Assembly (NCBI GenBank): GCA_951406725.2
Contig: OX597814.1
Coordinates: 146,878,001-146,942,000 of the forward strand
DNA length: 64,000 bases
Direction of reading: 5' to 3'
From: Octopus vulgaris
Taxonomy: Eukaryota
How positions within the stretch are numbered: the stretch's first letter is position 1; every line of letters begins with the position of its first letter. The notes under the pieces were generated by a model. That model had not been told where the DNA came from and ran no database searches. It saw only the letters and a list, made by a program, of their open reading frames with translations. The position numbers and the translations under genes are program-made. This document shows, piece by piece, positions 25,514 through 39,605 of the stretch.

Positions 25514-27030
25514 GATTGATTGATTGATTGATTCTAGTTTCAGCTTATGAGCTGTGGCCATGCTGGGGCACCGCCATTTGGTGTTGCTACTTGGTTTCAC
25601 TTCATGGAGGCTTTCTAGCAACTGCTATTTGGTGCATGAGAGAGTTCGATGCAGATGCCCTCATCTGCCCCTCCTGCCGTGAAGTTGGTTCATCTGGGAC
25701 ACCTGACAGGAAGAGATCCAGCTTCATTTTAAAGACATCTGTATCCACCCCATGCAGGTCTCTCAGGTTCTTCGGGAGGATATTGAAGAGCGGTGGGCCT
25801 CGGAAGCCCAGGCTATCACAGAATCTTGTCCTACATCTTGATGGCAGGTTTGGAGTCCTAGGCACCATGCAGTGGCGCCCAGTTCTGGCATTTGCGTAAC
25901 TCTCGATGCCAAAGTTCAGGACACTTCCCTCCAGGATCTTCCAGATGTATATTATGGCATATCTTTCCCGCCTACGCTCCAGGGAATATAATTTTAATCT
26001 CTTGAGTCTTTCCCAGTAGCTTACATTCTGCATAGAGGCTATCTTCTTTGTGTAGCTTCGTTGGATCGCCTCAAGTTCTGTGATCAACTTGACGCTGGAT
26101 GGTGACCATAGCTGAGAGCAATAGTCAAAGTGGCTTAGGACAAGTGTCTTCCAGAGGACCATCATGGTTTCTTGTTCTCTTGTTCTAAAGGTTCTAAGAA
26201 TCCAGCCAGCCAGCCGTCTACATTTCATTGTCAGTTTAGCAACATGTACATGAAACGTCGCGTCATCACTCATGTGAATACCCAGGTCACGCACTGATTG
26301 TGCCTCTGGGATTGCAATCCCTCCGGGTCCAGTGTATTCATTGGGTATTGCATTCAGTTTTGCATGCTGATAGTATAAAGCTTGAAACTTTCCAGCATTG
26401 AACTGCATGCTATTCTTTTCAGCCCACTTGTATATTTCGTCCAGCTCACATTGCAGGTGTTTAGTGTCCTCAGGGTTCTGTATTGCCTGTGAAACTTTTG
26501 TATCATCTGCATAACTTGTGATCGTGGCTCTCTGCGTGGCTGAGGGCATGTCTGAGAGGGCCATTATGAAAAGTAGTGGTCCCAGAACAGTGCCCTGCGG
26601 AACACCGCTTACTATTTGTGTGTTAATGGAGGTGGCCCCATTGGCTACTACCACCTGACTTCTATCCTTCAGAAAGTCATGAAGCCATTCTCCCAGTTTT
26701 CCAACTATGTTGAGATCACGCAGTTTGTGACATATCATTCCATGATCGACTTTATCAAAGGCCTTTGCAAAGTCGAGATATATCACTTCTACATTTGAGT
26801 GGTTGAGCAGCCGTTTCAGCACGCAGTCATAGTGTTGTAGGAGCTGAGTTAAACAGCTTCTCCCTGGTCGGAAACCATGTTGGGTGTCGGGCAGCAAGTC
26901 ATTCTCTTCAAGGAAGGTGATCAGCTTCCTTCTGACTATTCGTTCCATGACCTTGCTGATGTGTGAGGTCAGAGAGATAGGTCTATAGTTCTTGGCTTCC
27001 GCTCTGCTACCTCCTTTATGAATGGGGCAT
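25514..27030 (-). mobile_element. Young 5'-truncated CR1/L2-group LINE
   Basis: Uninterrupted RT ORF, 3' UTR with stem-loop CAGCT-CATA-AGCTG, and a (CAAT)n tail at 25514-25533. Confidence 0.95.
25602..27030 (-). CDS. LINE ORF2 reverse transcriptase, N-terminally truncated (no endonuclease)
   Basis: NYRPISLTSHISKVMER, QHGFRPGRSC, YLDFAKAFDKVDH, GVPQGTVLGPLLF, YADD, RDLG, LERRRER; no stops over ~475 codons. Confidence 0.93.
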
Positions 27031-27209
27031 ATTTCAGACTCATGTTCCTCCTGCAATTCTCTACAATCAGTTTATTTGTGAGTAATTGATATTTGCATCC
27101 ATAAGAATTCCTTTTATAACCATTTCGAGCTTGTGGAAGGATAAAGTTCTGTTCCAGGAAAGTGTATATTCTTTTAGTTAGTATGGATGTGAGGATATTA
27201 TTATTATTA
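27031..27209 (-). repeat. ~180-bp near-identical direct copy of 27842-28020 (R4-like RT piece)
   Basis: ATTTCAGACTCATGTTCCTCC..GTGAGGATATTATTATT is present at both sites with about 2 differences. Confidence 0.95.
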
Positions 27210-27479
27210 TATATTTGGGAAACTATAATGTTTTTCTGATGACAAAGATTTTTGGAGAATATTTTCAAGTGTATACTTTCAAGATTTCTGCTGATGAAGG
27301 CACTATTGATTTAGTGAATGATTTAGGTTGTATGTGAGGGTAGGCTGTACGCAGAAAGTTAGCCTTGTTGAATGGTTATCGGAAAGTTTTCCTTATTTAA
27401 TGCACCCATAAAACGCGCAAATTTATAAATTATAAGTCAAAGGTTGATGAATCACCACAAACTCCGATGTTGCCTTCAG

Positions 27480-28150
<671 letters not shown>

Positions 28151-31100
28151 TCCTTTCTACTATACGCCAGAAATTTGGGGAGATTTTTAGGGGTACTAGT
28201 CGATTACATCGATCCCCAGTGTTTTACTGGTGCTAATCAAATTTTTGCTAAGAATTACGTCGCAAAATATTACATCATAATCAAATGGAAAACCGGTTAC
28301 ATATTACACAATTTGACATTAAGGCAATATTGTCATAGTGCGATATTTTGTGCCGTATTTTGTGGCGCCTAAATCTGAGTGAAGTTGTCGCAATGAGAAA
28401 GCAGCTGTTTAAACGAACGTAATTACATATTGTCAAATAATTTTTTAAAACTGTGCGATCGAGTATTTCATTTATTTATATATAAGTCAAACTATATTTC
28501 GCTCGATACCATATTGATATTTCTTTAATAGACGTATTTTCTATAATTTCTGAATTCCTAGTTTGTGAAAACGTACGTACCCTTTTGCATACCTAACGGA
28601 ATGTCAATAATTTTGTTTCAGTTATTTTAGGTAAATGTGTAGCGATAAATTTGATATTAGATATATTTCATATCATTTAACGGACTTTTTCATGCAAACC
28701 ACGTTATTGAATTAATTGAAAATACGGTAAGAATTTATTAATTTTGTTGCAAGAATTGGCTCATTAAGTTGACATAACCACCAATCTATTACTTTTATAT
28801 CGTGTCTAGCTTCAACGAGGAGTGCCTATGACATTGTAGACGATCAGATGCATTTTATAAATCTATAAATACAAACATTATAACTTGCTTTTGATTCATG
28901 TCATATTGTTATAATATTCATAGTATAATACTTTCTGAATACTGATTTATATTGAAGCTTCCAAGATTTAATCATTAATAATTCAAAGTTTGTTCGATGA
29001 TCGACAGCTGTGTTTTTGATTACACCTAAATAGTTTAGCATGCACTTCAGTCATCTTCCTTCGCTGCTTCATAGCTTGGGTAATTTGTTTCCTCTATGCT
29101 GGGATATTAAATGAAATTCTAACTTCTATCATACTTGAACGTATTCGCGTATAATCTAATGTTGACTCGGTATATCTGTTACAAGGTTACTCAATTTAAC
29201 CTTATTTATGTACATAAGAAAGTAGGCGACATGATCACTCCGTTGTTTGCATCTTGCTTAAAGTACATTCTATTAATATCCTCGAAATAATCCCTTAAAA
29301 TTGTTATTATATATTTCTTATCTTCATTAAATCGTATTTTCGAAGATCTCTGAATATGTCCACATGATTACCACAGTTCATTTTCGATAGAAATGAAGAT
29401 GATAAACTAAGAAGCAACATTGTCATGTTCTTAATCATTCCTAATGATTTCCTCCTATCATTTCGTTAACAATGTTTGTCAAGATTTCAGCTGTGTGATG
29501 CGTGATATTCTGTGATACATAATTAGACTTCATACAATACTATAGTTCAGTTGTTGCTCATAATTACGAGTTATAGAAAAGAGGCCGTACGTAATACCTA
29601 TTCTAATGGGTGACTGCCTTACTATAAATCTTAATTACATACTGATAACGAGGAATGTATTTTGGCTGATTGGGAATCATGAAAATATATATATCATCCC
29701 AAAACAATAATTTAGCTCTCAATTATTTGGAAAATCATAAGAGATTGCCAGCAATAACTCATAGTTTTAAACTTAAGAAAATTGTGTAAATATTGAATAT
29801 ACTCAAGTCAGATTTACACCGAACTTACTCTTTGAGACAGACTGAGTAAGTTAAATATCAAGTGTGTGTATATGTGTGTATGTGCGTGTATGTGTGTGTG
29901 GTGGGGGAGGTGATAGTGAAATATAGAGATAGTCTGATTAATCATTAGTTTATAATTCAGTAAGATATCTCCTGGAAAAATTGTGAATTTGTTTTCGAAT
30001 TTGAACTTAAATATAATGTGAAAACCTTGTTGCATTAACAACTAATATTATATTCCTTGCATAAATTTTCAATGAGATAGCTTTATTGCTGCCTTTACAT
30101 TATTTGAAGCGTTTTATGTTAATAAATCAAAAGTGTATCGATCTGTCAGCTGAAATATCATTGGGTATTCATTGCACATCTTTATAGCATTGCACCCGTG
30201 GATCAGACAATTATTTCATATAATTGCAGGACACTTAATTGTAAGTTCTGTATAATATAATATATACAGATACCTAATAAATATGATCTAATTAGCTTTG
30301 TATTAAATATAACATGTCTTAAGAATTCAGCAACGCTATTAATGCGATTTAGTGACTGTTCAGTACTGATCAGTTATAACTATGATCTAAATTGTTCGTC
30401 ACCTCGAACATCAAGCCTTTATAGTTAATATAACGTATAAAGGAATTTAGTATACAATGCAAGATTCTCTTCTTGGTGCTTTAAGATGGAAAATAAGATA
30501 AAATTTAATTGTTGTATTTTGTGGTTTAATTTATGATTATAATTAATCGATTGAAGAATATCTCAAGATAAGCGAATGCATTGCTTTGGTAGATTTTCAT
30601 TACATTTGTCAGATACTTTCCAGAAAGCTTCAGTCAATTATCTGACGTAGTACGTGCCAAGATTGTTGAACATACTCCTATGCATTAGACAAGCATTATT
30701 GAAATATTTTAAAACACTGAATGTCACAATATTAAGGTCTCTAAACCGTGAAACCTATATGAACTCTTGGCATAGTGTGATGCCTTACATATCCGCTTCT
30801 CTATTAATTTCACTTATATATGTACTTTCCAAATAATCACAGCTGACTGATAATCATTAGTTGCATATTGGTGGATATGACGGAAATAGTTTTAATTTTA
30901 TCTCTTTCACTGGTTTTTCTCCTTTATCCATTGTACAGCCGATATATGGGGGCAATATGTATGTTTATGCGTGCACACTGGCAAAGATACAGATTTTCTT
31001 CTGGGTATTTTGTAAAATGTTATTCATAGAATCACTAGCTTATTTTTTGACATGAAGGGAGATACAGGAAAAAGGAAAACCGGTTTACATTACGAAAAGA

Positions 31101-31305
31101 ATACACAAATGAAGAAACCCGCATACACAAACATATAATGAGTACACACATATATTATTATGTCTGGGGACAACAGACATAATAATGTATACAACTTAAC
31201 AGTGTGCAGCAGTTTGCAGCCAAACATGCATAGGTCCAAGCGAAATACGATGTAACTAAGTACATATCTGCAAATTTCTGTTCTCCTGATCTTCATTCAT
31301 TTCAT

Positions 31306-31342
<37 letters not shown>

Positions 31343-31471
31343 ATTTGTGTATCAGTGTTTGTCTCCGCAATATCGCTTGACAACCGATGCCGTTGTGTTT
31401 CTGTCACCGTAACAAAAAGCGAAGCTCCAATATGGCCGCAGTCAAATGACTGAAACATGTAAAGAATGAAA

Positions 31472-31535
<64 letters not shown>

Positions 31536-32835
31536 GTATGTGTATGTATGTTTGTATGTGTATACATATATGAATATAAGCGTCTATGTATATACATACA
31601 TTGTTTTATCGTCTATGAGTATTGGTATGCAAGAGAAAGGGAGCTATGCTTCCAAAACAATGACAATTGATGTCTTGAATTGTAATTAAAAACTTCAGGA
31701 ACACATCGGTAAAAATGAAAAGACCCCCACTTATTTTTCCATCTCCCTTTCTTTCTATTTCATCGCTTTATTTTTCTTCTTTCTTTTCTTTCTCTTTTTC
31801 TCTTCCCCACAAAATATTGGCATCTTGAAATGACATTAACACCAGCCACCTGTAAATCCCAAATCATCCCCAAATACATTCTTTGATTCATTCTTCTCGA
31901 TTTTCTTTTCTCTATACTTTCTATCTTCCCCTCTCACCTCCTCTCAGCTCTTCCTTCCTCTTTTCTCTTTCTCGTTTTGTAGTCTTTACAATCTATATAA
32001 AAAGCAATGAAATTTTACAGAAAATCTATTCTAAAAAGTCCCTGCGAATGAACGAATGTGCTAAATAAAGAATTTATCCAAAATTCTGACTTGCTTCTTT
32101 TTCTGTAATATACAACATCTGTAGATCACTTCTTACAATCTATGCATATATGTTTGTATATATAAATATATACTTATAACTATAAAAGCTTTATATGCAT
32201 ATATATATACATCCATACAAACATACATATATATATATATATCTTTCCCCTCTTCCTTCCATCCTCTTTAATTCCTTCTTTCTCTCTCTCCCTACTCTCA
32301 CGAGACCTGGTCAATCCTTGGCGCCCTCTGTGTCTTCCACGCTCTTTAATTCCTTCTCTATCTTTCTCTCTTTCTCTCTACCCTCATGTGACCTGCTGAA
32401 TAACCAGCCATTTCGTTGGTGACCGCAGCCCGTTCAACATCGTTCCCCTCTGCCGTAAAGGCAATTTTTCCAAACACGCCTGGTAGATAAGTTAAATTTG
32501 TCTTAATTTGTCTAAAGTCGTAAGGCACCTGCTGTTATCCTGTTATTACCATTCTTGTTTTTATTTTTATTTTTGTTTTCGTTTTTTGTATTTATATTCG
32601 TGTGGCTTCGTCCGTTTTTCTGTCCTTGTTGCGTTTACATCCGTTCCTTTTTCCAAGAAATCTAATGCTCACAGATTAGTTTTTCATTGGGGCTGGCCGC
32701 ATCGGAGCAAATATCAGAATTAATCAGCCGAAATTTGCTATGATGATCCGGTTTCTGACTGAAGATTAAAGGCTTCGAATGACCCGTATGTTTTCTGGGT
32801 TCGTCCCTTTGTGTATTCCACGTTCTTGTTTCTTT

Positions 32836-33008
<173 letters not shown>

Positions 33009-33392
33009 CTATATTAAATATATACACATATACTTAAACATATATATGTGTGTGCTCCAGCATGACCACAGTCAAATGACTGATACATAGTCGCGTCTAT
33101 CTCTGGATACTTGCACTCTCTGGACTTTAATCTACATGGATTTACAAAGGAAAGCACCTAAAATGTTACGGACTTACTTCTACACGAATCTGAACCTTTA
33201 TGCCTCTTTTTTCTTCCCTTTCTTCGTCTCCTTATTCCTTCACTCCTTTCCTCTATGTCGCCATTTCATTAATCTATACCTTTCACATTTTCCCCATTTG
33301 TCTCCGATGACGGAGTATTCCATCCACAAGGAAATCCCAGAAACTACTGTAGGACTTTGAATTTTTAATGTATATGACTTGAGATGTTTCCG

Positions 33393-33454
<62 letters not shown>

Positions 33455-33460
33455 GCGTGC

Positions 33461-33497
<37 letters not shown>

Positions 33498-33599
33498 ACA
33501 GAGAGATAGAGAGGTATAAAGATTTATTTGTTTATTCGTTTCAGCCATGCAGCAGAGGTTATGCTGGAGCGTGACTGGGAAATTTATACTTTCATACAA

Positions 33600-33788
33600 A
33601 TATTAGCAAAAAGAGCAAAGATACTTTTCCTACCATTCTGACATACGGCCGGTTTCCCGGATTCTGTCGCAAGATTACTCGTCCTTGCTTGCTCAGGGAG
33701 ATTCATAATTTGAAGTGTATTGCTCAAGAACACAACGCATCACCCTCTTCAGGAATCGAAACCATAATATTACGTCATTAATGCAACA
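33600..33788 (-). mobile_element. Decayed tRNA-derived SINE
   Basis: Minus head GCGTGGTATAGTGGCTAAGGTGTTG..GGTTTCGATTCC followed by GTGTTCTTGAGCAATACACTT. Confidence 0.7.
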
Positions 33789-33815
33789 CCTTAGCCACTA
33801 TACCACGCTTTACAT

Positions 33816-33872
<57 letters not shown>

Positions 33873-34227
33873 GATAGATCGATCGATCTACCTATCTATC
33901 TATCTACTTGTCTGTCTATCTTTCTACGTATCTCTCTCCCTATCTATCTAAAGTGGAATAGAAAAAACCCAACGAGGATAAAATTAGACGAAAAGACAGC
34001 AAGAGGAAGACGAAAAAACAACAAGGGTAGACCAGAAAGAAAAAAAAACGCTGTATGCAGAAATTAGATGAAACTATACCAAACAGGAAGCTGGACTAAA
34101 ACATTATACAAGGACTATTCGCAGCTGATTTCCTCCAGTACTTTAACCTATACGCGACTGACGTTGCCTTTATCATCACCATCGCCAACGTATCCCACTA
34201 CCGTCCAAACAATAAATTCACCACTAC

Positions 34228-34263
<36 letters not shown>

Positions 34264-34388
34264 TGTATACTACAGTAGAAAGAACTGTAGTACTGTGAAA
34301 TTCCTTGACGTTATGGGGTCTCTAATTGTGAAAAGAGTAATAGTAGTAGCTGCGTCAGGGATATCAGCAGCAGTAGTAGTAGCAGAGA

Positions 34389-34433
<45 letters not shown>

Positions 34434-34436
34434 TAT

Positions 34437-34483
<47 letters not shown>

Positions 34484-34581
34484 ATATTAGTAAGTATTTT
34501 ATATTGTTGTCAGCGGAACCCTTTTCGTGTAAACATGTTTTGTATGTGTGACATGTACACCAATATTAGATAACCGTTCTC

Positions 34582-34642
<61 letters not shown>

Positions 34643-35667
34643 ATGTATGTATATATGCATATGTATATATATGTATGCATGCATGTATGTATATATATAG
34701 TAATTGTGGTAGTCTTGTATTTCTTTTTAAAGCCAATACTATTACTTTATAACAATCTAGTTTTGTTCAAATTCTTATACATTATTCGTAGCCAATGATT
34801 CATAGTATTGAAAAGAAACAGACAGGTATACTGCGTAACAAAACAAATACCCGTTTTATTTATTTTATTATATTCATTATTATCCAGAGACATTTCCTGC
34901 TTCGACAAAACTATACTTACTCTGATGATACAAATGCTTATTTAGCATTTTCTTGGTTTCTTAGATAATATTTTTTTCCTATAAACAATAAATATTATTA
35001 TATGTTCGTTTTGATGAAAAACAGTATGATATAATGTAAATAATATCTGCATAAGCCGCAGGACATATCACAAAGATATTTCCGATATCATAAATAATCT
35101 CATTTCTTACAGAAGATTGCCAATGAGGCTAGTTATCATTTATGCAAACATTTCAGGTAATAATTCAGTCCTGGTATATTGCTGATCATTTGTAATGCTT
35201 AAATATTGTCCAATGAGGGCCCTACAAATACCTGAGGCAAGTGTTCAGTAAAATGTGTTAAATTCTTATATCACAAAATACAAAATTCGACTAATTGACA
35301 TATTCACTTAGTCCAGTCAACACATCTTGGTCAATGATATCACATCTATAACAAGTACACTAGCAACATTTTGTTTTCAAGACGACTAAGTCTTTCTCTT
35401 ATCGCAACCATCATTTTCTATAATCATGCCCCGTTTTATACACCGAGATCTAATGACTAGGCTATACACATTTTCTGTATGATGTTCGAGTAAGCATTCG
35501 GTGATATTTGGGGTTTCTCTTTCATCATAATTATTTTTGTTAGTGTATCCACTTACATTTCCAAGGTGTACGCGTACAGCAACTGCAATAGTATCATTCT
35601 CCTTATAATTGTTTCGCTATATTATTGACACAAACGATTTTGTAGCAAACCCTCGCAAATGAAAAGT

Positions 35668-35909
<242 letters not shown>

Positions 35910-36164
35910 CGTTCATCAGTGAACATCACATGTCCTCAACTACGTGTTTTGCTGCCGAGAAGTGAAAACCAGGCCATGATATTTTGTAGCAATTTAGTCA
36001 TTTACTGCGAAATAAATATATCCTTACAAACTTTTCCATGTTACATATATTATTCTATTCATATCAAATAGTTAGTATAAGTTTTACTGTATAGAGATAG
36101 TGAAACACTGAAAATTATAAATGTTAATTATTCAGTTAAATTTTTCTTATAATATTTCATTTCA

Positions 36165-36375
36165 GGTAAGGTGAACAGCTGTCAGAATCGTTAGCACACC
36201 GGGCAAAAAATATTGCGGTATTTCGTCCGTCTTTACATTCTGGTTTCAAATTCTGTCGAGCTCGGCTTCACTGTTCATGCTTTTGGGATTGGTTAAATAA
36301 ATAACGTTTGAAACGCGTAAGTTGATGACAACTTAACTCCTTTCCTGAACTTGCTGACCTAGAGCCAAAATTCAA
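36165..36375 (+). mobile_element. Decayed SINE (family C)
   Basis: AGCTGTCAGAATCGTTAGCACACCGGGC..TTCAAATTCTGTCGAG; similar to 41757-41882. Confidence 0.7.
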
Positions 36376-36727
36376 AATAAATATTTAATCCGATAAATAT
36401 TGAACATGTTATATCACGTAAAAATATAAGGACGCGGCAAATAAATGGAATTCTTTCAGATGCATTTCACAAATTGTGGACTCAAATCAAGATGATATAT
36501 CCTAATACACACAAAGGAATCTAAAAATGTTTCTACATTTTTTGTCAGCTCTCTTTATATATACGCGCAAAAACTTACATATATTAATATTCATACTTAA
36601 TGCATAAACAATACACCCAAAAACAGGCACGCATAAACACGCACACATACATACATATTCACACTTACATAGAACATACATATATATATATACATATATA
36701 TATATACACATATATATATATATATAT

Positions 36728-36775
<48 letters not shown>

Positions 36776-36776
36776 G

Positions 36777-37032
36777 ACTATGTGGTATGAAGCTTGCTTC
36801 CAAACCACATAGTTCCGGACACAGTCCCCTTGGGCAAGTGTGTTCAGGACGACTTGTGAGTGTGTTTGTTAGACGGAAGCTGAAAGAAGCGCATCGTATA
36901 TGTGTGTTTACGCTTTATTCACTCGCTTGTAAGTATTAGTCTTATAGACAATAAATCCTGGGGTGATTTGTTCGACTAAAGGTAGTACACCAGCTTGGCC
37001 GCTGTCAAATGACTGAAGGAAGTAAAAGATAA
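36777..37032 (+). mobile_element. tRNA-derived SINE (family A), partly deleted
   Basis: Head TGTGGTATGAAGCTTGCTTCCAAACCACATAGTTCCGG, core CCTTGGGCAAGTG, tail GGCCGCTGTCAAATGACTGAA. Confidence 0.75.
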
Positions 37033-37072
37033 ATACACACACACACACACAAACACAAACGCACACACATAA

Positions 37073-37204
<132 letters not shown>

Positions 37205-37214
37205 TAATCATTTA

Positions 37215-37702
37215 TCTTTTACTGTTTTAATTTTTTGAGTTTAGACTGCGGCATGCCGTTGCGCTGCGTTGAAGAATTTCAATCGAATCAATTGATCCCA
37301 ATATTTACATTTTTTAAACCTCGGTACTTATTTCATCTGTCTGTTAGCTCGAAACTTGAAGTTATGAGCATTTGAACACACTAATCCCGGTTGTCAAACA
37401 GTGGTGAGTGACAAGCACAGAGACAAACATACACACAGACACAGACACAGTGATGCACCCAGAGACACTGACACACACACATAAATACACAGACACTGAC
37501 GCATATGTATGTATGTGTGTGTGTGTGTGCGTGTTTGTGTGTGTGATGGGCTTCTTTCAGTTTCCCTCTATCAAATCCGCTGACAAGTCTCTGTTTGGCT
37601 CGAGGCTATAGTAGAAAACACTTCACAATGTGCTCAGCAGCGGGACTGTACCCGTAATCATGTGGTTGAGAAACGAAATTCTTACTAGACTGTCACTCCT
37701 AC
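37215..37702 (-). mobile_element. tRNA-derived SINE (family A), decayed full length
   Basis: Colinear with 40978-41411 (CTTCTTTCAGTTTCC..GAGGCTATAGTAGAA..GGGACTG..CATGTGGTTG). Confidence 0.8.
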
Positions 37703-38850
37703 ACAGACACGCAGGTAATTTCTTATTCAGTAATTAACAAAATTTATGTATATTTTCTGATTACTATATATGCATACATATATATATATATAGCACTAAT
37801 GTTTGTTGTAAACTAGATGGCAGCCATTTTCCTCTCACGAATTGATTAATCTTGTTTCCATCAAAATATAGTAAATGTACTTATATATTCCCCTTCGAAT
37901 GTTAAACTAAATTTTGTACAGCATGAACTGATTTTATATATTGTAATGAAATAATTATTCCTAATATAATGTTTTATATAATTATATTTCATTTCTTTGA
38001 CTGTTATTAGAACATAATTTTCTATCTAACAATTAGTTAAGTGTAGAAATCAAATGTTAGTTAAAAAAAAATTGCCAATTATAGTGAAATTAATTTTTGT
38101 TCTTAATTTGATAGAGAATATGATTGCCTTGCAAATCATATTTCATGTTTAGCTTATATTTTCTTCTCATTATATAATAAACCTGAATTATTAATATTTT
38201 ATTTACTGACACTGCTCCTATGTTATGACATAGATCATTAATGTGCGATGTAATTGAATCAGTGCTAACCGGCCACGTGCGTGTTTGTGTTAGTGTCTGT
38301 TGGCAGTAATATGTTTGTAATTGACTTCGAATATTTAAAAGTCCGTTAAACGTGACAGAAAGTGTTTATATCAGGCACTAATTTTATTCGTAAGAGGGAG
38401 TAATGTCCCTGTCCACTTAAAGAAATTCCGAAGTCAATAGAAGAATCGGCGAAAAGAGATACACAACTCATGGTGGGTTACAGTAGAGACTTACATTTGC
38501 ATCGAAAACCTGATCTGAATCTTTGAAACCTAGCGAGTTATAACTCTAAATTATTAAAGTGCAAAGTAATGAATTCAACAGAGGCAGCATAGAATGTCAA
38601 TCACTCAATAACAATGGAAGTCTAATGCCTAAAACACTTGGTTTTAATATTTCAGTGATGTCAGCACGATTAAGTGAACAATAAGCATATATGTATCTGT
38701 CTACCTCTTTCTTTATCACTATTCACACACACACACGTGCATATAGACATATACACAAATTCAGAGGCATACATTCCTACACATCAGCACAATCACATGT
38801 AGGGAGAAATACATAGAAATATTCAAATATACATTTACATAATTTGAATA

Positions 38851-39020
38851 CAATAACCCCTCGACTATCGCGGATGTTACGTTCCAAAAACCCCTCGCGA
38901 TAGGTGAAAATCCGCGAAATATGTAACTGCAATAGATGAGCCGCGATATGTGAACTGCGATAGATGAACCGCGATATGCGTACTGCGATATTTGAACCAC
39001 AATATGGTGAGGCATTACTA
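38851..39020. mobile_element. Tigger/pogo-like MITE
   Basis: TA-flanked imperfect TIRs CAATAACCCCTCG / TGAGGCATTACTA; internal ~14-bp tandem GAACCGCGATAT units. Confidence 0.75.
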
Positions 39021-39292
39021 TAGTTATATGATCTCCGAAGACACTAAGATTCTAAAACGGCAATGAAAATCACTGAATTATTTTAATATTTCACTTAGTG
39101 TCTCAGACACAAAATTATATCAATTTAATCAGGAGAGTTCAATTAAGGCAATTCAACGAAACATAGAAATTGTAGATTCCTTTCTGTAAATAGGAATTAA
39201 CATTGCATTAAACGAAATTTTTTTACATCTCTTTTAGTGCAGCAAATGGAACCCAAAACTGATTTTTTAATTTATGGGGATCGCTTTACACT

Positions 39293-39605
39293 TTTACCTT
39301 TTTACTGGTTTCAGTCATTTGACTGTGGCCATACTGGAGCACCACCTTTAGTCGAGCAAGTCGATTCCAGGATTTATTCTTTGTAAGCCTAGTACTTATT
39401 CTGTCGGTCACTAAGTTACGGGGACGTAAACGCACCACCATCGGTTGTCAAGCGATGTTGGGGGGACAAACACAGACACACAAACATATACACACACGTA
39501 CATATATATATATATACATGATAGATCGTTAGCCATTACACACAGTGGCACTGAACCCGGAACCATGTGGTTGGTGAGCAAGCGACTTACCACACTGCCA
39601 CTCCG
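39293..39605 (-). mobile_element. tRNA-derived SINE (family A) with internal deletion
   Basis: Tail GTTTCAGTCATTTGACTGTGGCCATACTGGAGCACC and head CTGAACCCGGAACCATGTGGTTGG..CCACACTGCCACTCC. Confidence 0.85.

Noticed and set aside
27031-27056. N-terminus MQEEHESE of the 484-aa RT ORF
   Set aside because: It has a TTG start and derives from the duplicated R4-like segment read out of frame; LINE homology begins at about ICPIHKGG.
27291-27360. CTGATGA motif (also 13352)
   Set aside because: I found no properly spaced stem II-GAAAC-NUH arrangement.
38920-39005. Regularly spaced short repeats as a CRISPR-like array
   Set aside because: They are tandem units with no unique spacers, inside a MITE in eukaryotic DNA, and there are no cas-like genes.
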